Below, piece by piece: positions 22,299-35,465 of a stretch of 64,000 nt of DNA (positions within the stretch are counted from its first letter, which is position 1; each line of letters starts with the position of its first letter). Source of the stretch: Felis catus. Its lineage: Eukaryota. Location: assembly GCF_018350175.1 (NCBI RefSeq), contig NC_058368.1, forward strand, positions 108,998,001-109,062,000, in the 5' to 3' direction. The position numbers were made by a program, and so were the translations under genes. The notes under the pieces are model-generated. The model saw only the letters and a program-made list of their open reading frames with translations, was not told where the DNA came from and did no database searches.

Positions 22299-23569
22299 GG
22301 CCTGTCCCCAGTCTCTAGGAGCACAGTCTGCCCAGGCTGTGTCCTGTGGAGGGCACTGTCAGAAATGGGACTCAGATGTTATCAAAGACCCACTGTGGGG
22401 GATAACTGGCATGGACTCTGGAACTCACCCAGAAACTGCACAATGAAATGGGCAAGTTTATGTAGATTCTAGAAGAGCCACTCCCCACCCTCCACGCATC
22501 TTCAACTCTGTGATAGACACCTTCAGAGATGAATTATAGTGACCAAATGTTAAAGGGCTAGGAAAGTCATATTCAAGAGGACTACTTCTAGAAGGGAGAA
22601 ATATGCTTCCCTAAAAAGGAAGTAAACTGGAAGGCAATGAAGTGATTTCAGGATGAGCCACTGACATTTCTCTGCCAGCTGAACAGACACCAGCACCCCA
22701 CCTCCCAGAGAGGCATCCATGTTCCACCCTAAAGGTATACCCCCATTCAATGGACTACCCTGAGTTTGTGCCTCTTGAGTGGCCCTCCTTCTTGGGGGTT
22801 TTAAGAGATCCCATGGACACATCTCACCCCACAGCCTGTTAGCCTCCAAGGGCGGAGTCCTTACCAAAACTTGAGGGCACACAGCGTTGTCAAGAATGGC
22901 TAAAGTAGAACCTGGAGAAGGGAACAGTGTTGCCTTGATGTAGCCAAACACAAAGTGTCCAGGGGAGCCAGAGGGTAGTAGGTGTACTCTGGCCAAGCCA
23001 TGATACCTGCAAAGGCCATTCACGGACATCCCTGGAGGACAATGATTCAGAGTGAAGAAAGTACCAGCACTGGGGGCCTCAAGGGAAGGGCCACCCACAA
23101 TTCCATGCCCCTCAAATACATCACTCCCCTGCATTGGTGCAGCTACTATCCCACCACCCTAAGCTGCTCCTTTTCTAGGAAGCCTGGGGAAACAAAAATC
23201 CTTGCAAAGGAGGGGAAGAGGCTGTGCAGCCAGGGAGACGGCCTGGAAGAAGAGGGGAGCTGGAGAAGGAGTGTCCTGGGCAGGCAGAGACGCCTAGAAG
23301 GACAAGAGGCCACCTTGCTTCTAGAGTCAAGTCAGGGCCCACTTCTTCCAGACAGACTTCCTAGCCTCCCAGAACGAGGCTGGGTACCTTCCTGTTCTCA
23401 CTCACAGGCAGCGCCTGCTGTCATCCTGTCTGTGTCCCTGGCCAGGACGAAGGCCGAAGGCTGCCCATCAATGCTTGCTGTTCAGAGCCCTCCTGGCACG
23501 GAGGAACAGGGAGGCAGCCTTGCCTGCCAGGACCTTGAGGAGTTTTCTGAGCAAGTCAGGGCCCCATCC

Positions 23570-24200
23570 CCCATTTGGGCCGGCCCCCACCGCCATCCCT
23601 CCTCAGCCTGGGGCGCTGCCCGGTAGAAGGGACTTCAAAGGGCCTGTGCCTGACCTTCCGCGGCCGCGCTGGGTCCGCGGACCTCAGAGCGAGGCCACGG
23701 CAGGATCCCTGACGTCGGGGCTGCCCCAGTCCCGGGGTCTCCGCGAACCCCGCGGGGGTGCTGGGCTATAGGCGCCAGGGTTGAGGGGCGGGTCCTCAGA
23801 GCCCCCCGAAGTGGGCGGGGCGGGCCGGCCGCGGGGCCAATCCGGGCGCGCGGGGAGCCGGGGCGGGGGCCGGGTGGAGGGGAGTACGGGGGCGGGCGGG
23901 CCGGGGGCGGGGCGCGGCGTCCAGGCGGCGGCTGCGGCGGCGGTGGCGGCGGCGGCTCCTCAGTGTCCGGCTCCGGCTCCGGCTGCGGCTCCGGCCCGCG
24001 ATGCCCCACTCCGTGACCCTGCGCGGCCCTTCACCCTGGGGCTTCCGCCTAGTAGGCGGCCGGGACTTCAGCGCACCCCTCACCATCTCGCGGGTGAGTT
24101 TGATGGCCACGGGGCGGCGGGAAGGTCCTCCATCTGAGACCCTGCCCTCGCGGTCCACTCGAGACCCTGATCCCCGACGTCCCTGAAGTTCGAAGGCCAA
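23570..24200 (+). promoter_or_regulatory. PDLIM4: PDLIM4 CpG-island promoter
   Basis: Dense CpG, several GGGCGG boxes (23813-23912), CCAAT at 23837, TGACGT half-CRE at 23710, GGC-repeat 5' UTR. Confidence 0.9.
24001..24093 (+). CDS. PDLIM4: PDLIM4 (RIL) exon 1, PDZ domain start
   Basis: [31 protein letters not shown], then gtgagt. Confidence 0.98.
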
Positions 24201-25428
24201 GGAATGGCCAGGGAGACACACAGGCTCTAGAGGCTTCCAGGCATGGCAGTGTGGGGCCCCAACCGCCCCCCCTCTCTCCCGCTGGGCCTGCCTGCCCTGT
24301 CCCTTGAAGGATCCCCACCCCCTTGTTCACACACCAGCCTCCCTGCTGGTCTCATTTTGGGGGAGTGACTGAAGGCCAGGGAAGGACCGCAGTCGTGGGC
24401 CAGGGGTCTGGACCCATCGACAGAGGCCCAGAAACGCTGCTTAGGCTGAACCCAGTCAGGATTGGGGGCAAAATGACTCAGAGCCCCCTTCTAACAAAAG
24501 TCCCTGCCAGCAGAGCTGGGTGACCCCAGGGAGGTCTGGGGTCCTCTCTGGATATGAAAAGAGAAAGAGCCATCCACTTCCTCACTCTAGTTTTGGTCAG
24601 ACTCTCATCTATGACCTCAGTTGTCCTATGGGGAAGTGACCAGGAGGAATTCAGGGCTTCCAGGGGAAGGGAAAGGGGAGACTTACTGTGAGGATGTGAG
24701 ACCCCTGCCCACAAGACAACACAAGGTCAGAGGCCAGAATAGCCTCAGCCCAGTTCCTCAAGGTTCCAGGGCTATGCATTACCCCAGGCTTAGGACAGAG
24801 GAGAAAGCAGAGGGGGCACAATCCTGGGCGGTGGCTAATTTGAGGAGGGAAGAGGAGCAGAGGAAGGGATTCAGGCCCTGAAGAAGGGGTACCCAATCCG
24901 GGCGAGACAGGATCCTGGCCCAGCCTTGGGGTCCCTTAGTTTGAAGGGCTAAAAAAGGGGAGTCAGACTCTGCCCTTTGGGGTCCCAGACTAAGGGACAA
25001 AAGAGGACAAAACAGAGATCCTGCCATTGAAGGCTCTCAGTCTGGAGGGAAGAGCAGAGGGGCCCTGGGCCCATTTGAGGGCCATCCCTTATCCCCACAC
25101 AGGCTGCTCTGATCTTTGGGGGCCTGTGTCAGGAAAACTGAGAACCACTTTCCCCCACCTTACTGCCACCTCTCTCCGCGGAGGCTGGACTAAGCTGGCT
25201 GGGCTTTCAGAGACTTCTTTCCACTTCCTAGGAGGGGGTGGGCACCCGGTGGAGCATAGAATTGTGGAATCCCTTTTCTGGGGGCCAGGGTGACAGGCAG
25301 GCCCAGCTGTCCTGGGAGGCTTCCCACATCTGCCCTTACCCCACGGCCACCAGGTTCCTGGGGCTGAGTGAGGTGGGCCTTTAACACATCCGGGAGCCTT
25401 TCATCTCCCACTTCCCTGAGGCACACTG

Positions 25429-25429
<1 letters not shown>

Positions 25430-25475
<46 letters not shown>

Positions 25476-25486
25476 CGCGCGCACGC
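25430..25486. repeat. Compound (TG)19(CG)7 microsatellite
   Basis: Seen directly; uninterrupted purine-pyrimidine alternation. Confidence 0.97.
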
Positions 25487-26633
25487 CTCTGTGTCTGTCT
25501 CCATGTGTGTCTTGCTGTGTGTCCGCCAAAGCGGGCTGGTGGGGGTGCTAGGCCAGCCAGCAGGCCAGGCACCCTAGGCGTGAGGCCGCTGACAGGCTCA
25601 GTGGCGGCGGCTGACGGCCACAGGCGGCAGGGAGCAGAGACATCTGTTGCCCACGCGGCTGCCTGCCCGCGGAGGAAAGGCCTCCACACGTCACAGTGGC
25701 AGCAGCAGCAGCGGCCTTGTTTGGAGCTGACAGGGATGTAGGTCCCTGGCAGGCAGGCAAGTAGCCAGGCTGGGAGAGGGTTTGCCAGAAAGAACCCCCC
25801 TTGTCCCCCAAAGTCATGTAGCAGCAGCTCAGACCCAAGGAGCCAGGATGCCTGAGCCTGGGTTTGAGTGGGATCTAGGGAGATCTCCAGGGCTGAGGAA
25901 ACACAGGCCACAGCTTGCCCAACAGGTACCTCAAGGGCAGGTCTACAGATACTGATGATATGTGGGAGTGTCCTTACCAAGGGGGCTGAAGATCCAACTC
26001 CTTCCATGCTTCCAGGGCCTCCTCCCACCTACCTCCCTGTGGGGACAGCCACACTCAGACAGGGTGGAGGCTGGGTGCCTGGCAGAGCTGGGGCCTTGCA
26101 ACCTCAGCTCACAAAGCTTCAAGGAGCCCCCAAGAACACTGCCCAAGGCTTCTTCCTCTGTGAACTATAGTGGTTGCTGGTCTTGGCTGGGCATCCATAG
26201 CATTCCAGGCCCCACCCTAATGGGTGTTGGTACCAGCTCCCCAGCAACCAGAGCCTGGAGTGAGCACCACCATGTGCCCAACCTATTGTGGGGACTTTTT
26301 GCCTTGATTCTTTCAGGTAGTCCTCACAAGAGCCCTTATAAGTAAGGACTCCCTCCGGCCTCACATTATAGATGGGGACACTAAGGCTCAGAGGAGCTAA
26401 GGTAGTGAGTGTATCCAGAGGAGCAGAGCAGGGCCAGGAGTCCAGACCTGTCTGGAACTTGCTGTGACTGGATGGGACAGTATGGCACTGGACTCTGTGA
26501 CTCCCAGCCTATCACAGCATCTAGGCTGGGCAGAGTGGAGCAGGGGCTGGAAATGTAGCTACTACAGGTGAGGGGGTTGGTTCATGCCCCAGTCTCCCAG
26601 CTGACGTCACTGTTCCCCTCTCCCTTCCTTCTA

Positions 26634-26843
26634 TTTTTTTTAAACTGTTTGTTTGTTTTGAGAGAGAGAGAGAGAGAGCGCACGTGAGAGGGGGAGGTAC
26701 AGAGAGAGAGGAGAACAGAGGATCCAAAGCAAGCTCCATGCTGACAGCAGAGAGCCTGATGCGGAACTTAAACTCATGAACCATGATATCATGACCTGAG
26801 CCAAACTCGGGCACTTAACTGACTAAGCCACCCAGACACCCCC
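26634..26843 (-). mobile_element. Can-SINE in PDLIM4 intron 1
   Basis: Reverse-complement head, GA tract, poly-T. Confidence 0.93.
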
Positions 26844-27144
26844 GCATCTATTTATCCTGCACTCAGCAGTCAGAGGGATAGGCCTGAATTAATCTGTGTC
26901 CTATGACTTCCCTGCTTAGAACCCTCCATAGTTCCAGACCACCCAGGAGAAATGCCAGTTTCTCACCTGGGCCTACAAGGCCTGCAGTTCTGGTCCCTGC
27001 TTCTTCTCTGACTTCTCTTCCATTGTCTCCTCACTAATGATGCTCCAACCCCAGGAGCCTGCTTTTACTCTCTCTCCCAGACGAGCCGTTATACATGCCA
27101 ATCTTTCTACCTGTGACACTGTCTCTCCCCTGAAAGAGAAAATC

Positions 27145-27310
27145 ACACAGTGGTTAGTAGATAAGACTTGGAACCAGTTGGCTTGGAATGAAGCCCTAAC
27201 TCTGCCATTTATCAGTTGAGTGTCCTGCACTTCTCTGGACCTCAGTTTCCTCATCTAAGAAATGGGCTTTCCTTGAGGATTAATGAGACAATGCATATAA
27301 AGGCAGTTGG
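27145..27310 (+). mobile_element. MIR
   Basis: MIR core ctctgccattta...cctcagtttcctcatct...gaggattaatgag. Confidence 0.75.
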
Positions 27311-28038
27311 GAGAGTCATGGTTTCCTGGCCTCATGCCCTCTCTGACCAGAACTCCCCGAGCTAATGGAGTTGGCTGAGACCCAGCCACCCCTGCTTTCA
27401 AGAACTTCCTCCACCCACAGGGGCCTGAATGCACCCCTTGTGCTGGCTGAGTCATCCTGCAGCTAGCCACCCCCCTGAAGAAGAATACTTCTCTCCAGCA
27501 TTGGGGACTGGGGCAAGGTGTCCCTTCCCCCAAGTCTCCCTTACTTCATCTGTAGGGATGAGAACAGCCTCTGTCTCACCAGGTGGTTGAAAGTTTGCCA
27601 TGAACTAGTTATGGGTAAAGCCCAGGCCATGTCATAGAGCATGTATCCATAAAGGATAGGGGCCTGGAGCAGGACCTTGAGTAGAGGGTGGAATGATGCC
27701 TAGTGGGTGCTTCCCCAGGAGAACAGGCTTGTATAGGTGCCAGGCCCTGTGAATGAGCATTCATGGTGGTCTATTGGCTGAGGGTGTCATACTCTAGAAA
27801 AATATTCCTTGGGGCAAAAATATTTCAGGGCAGGTCAGCTTAGGCACTCCCCGCATCAAGATTCCAGCCAAGAAGCTGCTAGCACCTCAGCTTTGTCCAC
27901 TCACTGCTGAAAGCTGGATAAGCTGAGCCTAGCTTGGCTTCCAGGAGCGCCCAACCCCAGCAATAGGAACAGTGTCACTGGCAGCTCTCGAGAACTGGGC
28001 ACCACTGGAGAGGCTAAGTAAGAATGAGGGTGCCTACA

Positions 28039-28360
28039 GGGCCCCTCACTTGGTGAGCATATGACTCTTTTTTTTTTAACGTTTATTTCTTTTTGAGAGA
28101 GAGAGAGCATGAGCGAGGGAAGAGAAGAGAGAGGGGGGTACAGAGGATCCTAAGTGGGCTCTGCACTGACAGCAGCGAGCCTGATGTGGGGCTCAAACTC
28201 ACAACCTGTGAGATCATGACCTGAGCCAAAGTCAGACACTCAACCGACCTAGCCACACAGGTGCTCCAGTGAGCATGTGACTCTTAATCTTGGGGTTGTC
28301 AGTTCAAGCTCCATGTTGGGCATAGAGATTCATTAAAAATTTTTAAATAAATTTAAAAAA
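28039..28360. mobile_element. Minus-strand Can-SINE (28070-28267) nested in a plus-strand short SINE
   Basis: Inner duplication gtgagcat(a/g)tgactctt, outer duplication aatgagggtg(c/g)cta. Confidence 0.88.
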
Positions 28361-29443
28361 ATGAGGGTGGCTAAAGTCTATTTCCAAAGGCTGTGGTGGA
28401 ACCAGGGATAGGGCAAAGGGTTCCCTGTTGCCTGAATTCCCCTCGACTCCTTACTCAGGCCTCCCTGTGAGCCTTTCCCCAACCTCATATGGCTCTCATG
28501 AAGGGACCAGTATTGTAAGAGTTTCCGTATATGGACACCATTTGACTGGAGTCAATAGTGGCACTGGAGTGGCCCGAGTGTCTATCCTGCAGAGGAAGTA
28601 GAGGTGAAATTGTGACTCAGGAGTGCAGACTGGCAGCTGGAAGTAGATGGCCTTGAACTTGACTAGAAAGGTGGTGACACAGACCCAGAATGAGGCACTT
28701 AGGGGAGGAAAATGGTAAAGGGGGTGCGCAGAGTACTGTGAGAGTCCAGAGAACCAGCTCCCAGAGGAAATGGCCTCTCTGCTAAGACCTGAAGGTGAGG
28801 AGGTGTAAGCTGATAATTATGGTTTGAGGTCAAAGGAAAGAGTGTTCCACGTGGAGAGAACAGCATTTGCAGAAGCAGGTGAGAACTATCTGGAGCTGTA
28901 AGTAGCCTGGATATTCAACTGGCCTGGACAGAGTATGGGTAGGTAGAAGTGAATGTGGGAGGTAGGGATGAGAGGAAACAAGTAGGGAGACAAGGTCACT
29001 AGGAAATATCAGGTCAAGGGGCTTCTGTGCAGTCTCTCTGGGTAGGGCACTGTCTATGTAGGGTATTTGTGACATGTCCATGCTTTGTATGTATCTGGGA
29101 GCACATGTGTTCCTGTGTGTCCTTTGTATGTCCTTGGGCACATATGCAGGCTACAAGAGTGACATCCTACTGTCCTAGTCCTATATGCCTTCACTTATAT
29201 GCCCCTCTTTTATGCACTCACACCCCACCAGTCCTTCAGGTGCTAGAATTAGGAGTGTTTAGAGCAGAGGCTGCAGCCAGACCACATGGGAACTTAACCA
29301 GTGTCTTGACTTGCCTACCCACAGGTCATGTTGGCAGGAGGGCCACATAGCCCAGGTTCTGAGGTTGGAAGGGTTCTAGAGCAGAGACTGCAGCAAGGCC
29401 ACACAATGACCAATTCCCAGTGATCTGGCTTGTCCACCTACAG

Positions 29444-29595
29444 GTCCATGCTGGAAGCAAGGCTGCGTTGGCCGCCCTGTGCCCTGGAGACCTGATCCAG
29501 GCCATCAATGGTGAGAGCACAGAGCTCATGACACACCTGGAGGCGCAGAACCGCATCAAGGGCTGCCATGACCATCTCACGCTCTCCGTGAGCAG
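29444..29595 (+). CDS. PDLIM4: PDLIM4 exon 2 (PDZ domain)
   Basis: cag|VHAGSKAALAALCPGDLIQAINGESTELMTHLEAQNRIKGCHDHLTLSVS|gtatgc; 152 nt. Confidence 0.98.
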
Positions 29596-32500
29596 GTATG
29601 CACAGGGCAGGCTGGGCCAGGATCATGGGGGCGGGGGGGTGGATTTAAGGGAAGGGTAAGTTAAAAATGGCCAGTGTCATGGGAGAGCTGAACCTCACAC
29701 AGTCTCTCTGCCTCAGCTCATGGCACCCTGGTCCTCGGAAGTAGTGCTTTCCTGGGGGCCTGCCAGGCACTGTTTGGAGACGGGAGTGGCTTAAGAAGGG
29801 AAGAAGCTCCCTATTAGCTCAGGGCTGGAAGTGCATGGAGGGACTTATGGGAAGGAGACAGGCAGCCCAAATCAAGTATGAAATAAGACCTTGGGTGGCT
29901 TCTGGGGAGGGGGATGATTTCAGTCTTCTCTCCACCCAAGTGATCTGTTTGATGACCATTTCAAAGTGGTTTCTTGTCCAACACCTCATTTAACCTTCAA
30001 ACCTGCTTGATAAGGTAAAACCTAGTATAGTCTTTGTATTACAGATGAGATAGCTGAATCTCAGAAAGGTTAGAGGGTGTCTAAAGTCACACAGCAAGGG
30101 AGTGAGGAAGCAAAATTTGTCCTCAGGTCTCTCCCTCCTAGGAGTGGCTGCTAACCACTCCTACCACCCTGTGGCTACCCTCAGCGGTCCCCACTATGGC
30201 CCGTGCCTCTGCCCCAGTTAAATCCGGATATTGTAGACTATGTAATGCCATCCAGCCTACATGAAGGGAGGATTGGGGATCACCAAGCCCCATCTGTACC
30301 CTATAAATGGTCTAGGATGCAAAGTCCACCTGGGGTGTTCACAGCCTTACTCAGACCCTGGGTCTTTGTTCATCTCTAAAGGCAGTTGGCCAGGTCCTGG
30401 CTGAGTGGGATCTCCCTGCCCTCTGTCTTGCTTGGATTCAGAGAAGTCAGACATAACTGTTCAGCTCTGCCACGTTCACTGCTAACAGGGACTTTCCATG
30501 ACCCCCTGTGGATGTATGTCGGCAAAACCTCCCCAAACCACAACACGGCTAACTATGCCTTAGCGCTGGTAGGGCTGAGAGTCATTAAACATGTTAGGAA
30601 GGCTTCTGAGATAGTATCCATTTGTGTCTGGGTTCAGGTTGGGGTCAGGACCCCTGACTGTGCTCCTGGAGCTGATTCCAAGTCCAAGGCCTTGTACCCT
30701 CCACCTGGTCCAAAGTAAGGAGCCCCTGGCCTGAAAGTTCAGCAGAGCTGGTTCTCATCCAGACTCTTTGGGGCCTTAAGTACACCAGATGACCTTTGTG
30801 AACCTGGGTTTCCTTCTCCCTAAAGAAGGACCACATTCATCACCCTCTCCCAGACTGAGGTACAGTCTGGCTGGGGAAAACATCAGCACTGCTCTGCCCA
30901 CGAGTAGCCTCTGTGGTCGTCCCACTTGGCTGGTTTCCTGGGCCCTGACTCACCTCCGGCCTTGATTTTACATGGCTAAACAAGGGAAGCCCTGGTAGTA
31001 GTGGGGTGAGGGAGGCAGCAGAGGCTTATAGGGGGCCTGAGTCAGGAGGTTCCCAGAGGGAATGATGTCAGGGGAGGGCAGCAGCATGGGGGCAGGGTGG
31101 AGGTCCCCCTTTCTTCCTTCCTTCCTTCCTTCCTTTCATCCCTGCTCATTTGTTCCAAGCCAAGCATGTGTGGAGCCAGGGGCCCCCTGATCTGTTCTAC
31201 CTTGCCTCCAAATGCTGCCTGGCCATGGAGCAGGTGAGAGCACATTCTCTACTATCACAGATCTGGGTTCAAACCCCAGCTCTGCACTTGAGAACTGTGT
31301 GGTCCTCCAGCAAGTGATTTAATCTTAAATCACTTAATCTTAAAGCTCTCCGCTTCCTTAACTCCAAAATGGGACTGTCTTGTGATTTGGGGATTGAATG
31401 CTTATGACACACCGGGTCTGCTCAGGGTGAAAATCTGGGGTCCTGTCCTCCAGCTCCCATCTCCACTTCTCACACATGCAGAGTCTGGGCGATCACAAAG
31501 GCCACCATGACCCTTTGGGTCAGAATTTCTTTTCCTGGGCACCATCTCACCTGTAAGCCTCTGAACCCGCTCTGTAGCCTGTTTGCTATGCCAGGACCTA
31601 TTAGAGCTGTGGGTTAGGGCAGTAACTTGGGAGCCAGGCTGAGAGGGCTGGGGCCAGATGCCAGTGGGGATGATGTTGCCTCGGGGCAGCAGAGCTTTGG
31701 TTCCACAGGGCTGCAAAAGGCTGTGGGGGAGAAAGGCTAGTCTGCAGGGGATTAAGGAATGGGCAAAGGTGAGGAAATATAGAGTAAGTGTGGTCTACAG
31801 GTGTAGACAGTTAAAATCCTTCACTGGGTGGTGGACAGAGAGAGAGTTGAGTTGCTGGCCCAGTGGTGACACCTTGGAAGGCACCCAGATGCCTTTTGAG
31901 ATGAGAGGGGACATTATTGGTGTAACCTGCCTCATTTCACACCCACCTGTCAGTCTGGGGTTCCAGGCACCCTCCTGAGCTGCCTCCTCACAGGGCTACT
32001 GAGTGGCAGGACTGGGCCCCAGGCCCATAGCTTCTCAGCTTTGCCTGCCCCGCCTGCCCCGCTTATGGCAGGTTTATGATGTTTTTCTCCCTCCTGAGTG
32101 GTGTTTGGCTTTTGGTTTCTATGGTGAAGCAGGAATTTCCTAATGGCCTGTTTCCCATCTGGGCTGGGCAGACACTGGTGATGACTCTGCCTGCAGCAGG
32201 AGGGGAGGCGCACCCCTCAAAGCCTTTATTTCACCTCCCCCAGAGCCCCTGGATGCCTGACCTCCAGGCCAGGCCAGAGGCTCTGGATGGAAGGGGATAA
32301 GTAAATGGGCTCCTAGCTGATCAATGTGTGAGGCCTGGCTCGCCCTGCTATGAGCTCGCCCTCTTTACGCTGAGGCCACAGAGAGGGTGAAAAAAGTGGG
32401 GAAGCTTCAGGGCTTCTGTTGCATCCTCCCTGGGAATGAGACCAGAAAGGCATGGAGCAGCTGGTGGGGAAGGAACACACAGCCCCACCCTAGGTGGTGG

Positions 32501-32702
32501 CTGACCTGGAGCTCTATCTCCTGCCGTAATGGCCACCATTCTGGTGCAGGGGCAAGTGCTACAGTGGTGTCCTTTGCCGTGCCCGATGCCAGGCCTGGTC
32601 CTGGGGGGCTCTGGGTCCAGAGCCCAGCCCCTCTTGGACCTGGTCCCAGTCATATTAGGCACACTAAGCAAACATACCTGACCATTCTAATTTCTGCTAC
32701 AG

Positions 32703-32781
32703 GCCTGAAGGCAGGAGCTGGCCCAGTACCCCAGAGGACAAGGCTCAGGCACAGAGGATCCACATTGACCCTGAGGCCCAG
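32703..32781 (+). CDS. PDLIM4: PDLIM4 exon 3
   Basis: ctacag|(R)PEGRSWPSTPEDKAQAQRIHIDPEAQ|gtatgt; 79 nt, phases consistent. Confidence 0.96.
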
Positions 32782-35274
32782 GTATGTACGGACACCACCT
32801 GGCCTGGCCTGGTTCAGAGCGAGCCCAGGGCAGAGGGGCCAGGCCTGGTCCATGGGTTAAACTGCACTAGATGTCTTCACCATGGCTTTCATATGCCCAG
32901 GCCAGAGCCTGAAGCAGCAGACTTCTCTAGGCCATGTCTGTACGCCATCCTGTGCTCCCCAGGTGATGGACATCTGCTGGGGGCTCTGTCTATACTCTAG
33001 GCAGTCCTAGATTCTGAGACAAAGGGACCTCTAATGGGCAGGAACGGGGCCAGGCCTTAACTCAAGCCTACTACTCACCCAGCTGGGCTTCACTCTGGTG
33101 CCTAGTGATGCCAGACCAAGAGGAAGTCACCAGGCTTGGGGCCGGGGTGGGGGGAAACGTTGAGCCATGGAGTGACTTCAGACTATTTAGGTTCTCTTCT
33201 GTCCCATCTTAGCCTTGGATGCCTGGCTAGAGCCAAACTCAGGCCTGAAGACTGACTTTAGAATATAAGGCACTTCCTTGCCCTATCTAAGACTACAGTT
33301 TTCCCCTGGCCGGCCTGTGATTGCACCTAGCAGACCTCAGTCTGCTCAGTCGCCTCTCTGCATATAACAGGACTCATAGCTATGATACTGTCCTCAAGTG
33401 GAGGAGGGGGGCAAGGAGAAGCTGCTCTAGGGCTTGTTTTGCCATGGGCTTGAGGGGTAGCCAAGTGGACAGGGCTGAGGTATCCAGAGCCAGCTCAACG
33501 TCTCTGGGCCATAGAGTTTGGACCAGGTGGAGCAGGACTAGTCTTTGATGGTGCCAGAGCTGTGGGACTCAGCATCTGGGGCTATGGCCTCCTGGGCCTG
33601 CTTATTCTACTTTCTCGCCACAGAGGCTTCACTATATAGAAGGAAGGATCCGCTATGGCCTCTCCCTCACCACGTATCCCAGTCCTCATCTTGCTCTGAT
33701 ATTTGTTTCCTACCTTGCTTTTGCTGGAATCTCTGAGGCCAGATGCTTACTACATTCCAGGGAGTGCCCATTCTGAAAATGGAGAGGCATTTAGCAATTC
33801 TGGGTTGGCAGAAGCCAGGGCCAAAGGAGTCCAAAGTAGGCACATTAGTCACCCAAGGGTTCAGAGAGAGCTCCCTGGAGGAGGGGGTATCCAAGCCAAG
33901 ACCTGAAAGACTAGGAAGAATAAGTCCGGCAAAGGGGCATGGAGAAAGGAGGTGTATGAGGAAGCACAAAGGCCCAGAAGTGAGATTGTGCATCATAGGT
34001 TCAGAAAAAAGAAAGCTCCTAGGTGGGAGTGCAGAGGCAAGGGATGAGGTGATAAGGCAGAACCACAGAGACTCTCTCGGTTTCCTTTCTCCAGGACCTC
34101 AGCTGTTCCTGCAGAGATTCATGGCCACACTTGTGTGTCTGAAGCTTACCCTGGTAGTCCCTTGGACCTCAGGGGAGGTGCCAGGGGAAGGCAGGGGTTG
34201 ACAAATTGACCAGACTTGACGTGGACCAGGGGGAAGGCAGCAGCACAGTGTAGGCCCCTGGCACATATGTGAGGCCCAGCTCTCACATGTGAGTGCAGGA
34301 TGGATAGAACAAGAGGGTCTGAATTTTGGAATTTGAAGCCAGCTCTGTTCAGTCCTTCAGGAGAGGCTCAGGGCAGGTGGGCTTGGGGGCCAAAGAGCAG
34401 CTGCCCTGCCCCCACACTTTCCCTTTCTGACCTCCTTGAGGACTAGGCTGCCAGTGGCTCAGGCTGGAGTCAGAGGAATTTTCTACAAGCAACAGGGCTG
34501 CCGCTCAGCTGCTGCCCGCCCCTTGTACTTAAAAGTCATGAGCTCTGTGGGTGGCAACAGAAACACCCCCATCCAGCCCCCACAGGGCTATGTCCTCAGG
34601 AACACAGACACAGGGCTCATTGTCCCCAAAGTGCTCCCATCCTCCGCCTGCAGTGGGGAGCGGGTGGGCCCAGCTAGAGCCATCAGAGGAGGAGAAAACC
34701 ACAAGTGGCCCTGAGACCAGCACAAGGTACCCTGGCACGCACCCCCGAGTGCAAATAGGTCATGTAGGTCATGCAGGGTTATAGGAGAGAGACCGTTCTT
34801 CCTTCAGGCCTTACATGGGAACACAGGAGGCATGTGGTCCAGCCCAGGGCTGAGAAAGGATTATGATAACGGAAGCTTTCCCAGAGAGGATGCCATTTAA
34901 GCTGAGAACCTGGTGATGGGTTAAGGCAAGCCAGGTAGAGCAGGCAGCCCTAGCACACCAGCCTGTTCTTCCCAGACCAGCAGAGAGCTGGAGTTTGGCC
35001 TCTAGGAAGTTCTACCTGCTCATCTGGATTCAGTACCCACTTCCATCCAAGCTGAGTGTCCCAGATTCTGACCACACTCATGTGGGAGCTGATGAGAAAG
35101 CAGGCAGTTACTCCCAATCTGCTGATTATCCCACTGAGGCTTCAAGAACCAAATCAACAGCTGACGGATACTCAGAGAGAAGGAGCACATGGTACCAAGT
35201 GCACCAGCGCAGAGAGGGGGGAAACCAGGAATAGGAAGAGGAGCTCAGGAATGCCCGTGATAGCCCTTCGTCCA

Positions 35275-35465
35275 ACAAGCATTTGCTGTGTGCCAGGCAG
35301 TATATGAAGTGCTTTGTATGCAACTGTCTCATTTTATCCCAAGGAATTTATGATACAGATACCATTACATTCCCCATTTCACAGATGAAGAAATAGATTC
35401 AGAGAGGTGATAGAGCTGGGACTCAAACAAAGACTGAGGTCACCATGTGTATCCTAACCACTGAG
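35275..35465 (-). mobile_element. MIR
   Basis: Antisense MIR core (cccatttcacagatgaagaaa). Confidence 0.7.

Noticed and set aside
22550..23626. 194-aa and 214-aa ORFs upstream of PDLIM4
   Set aside because: No domain, codon bias or splice support recognised.
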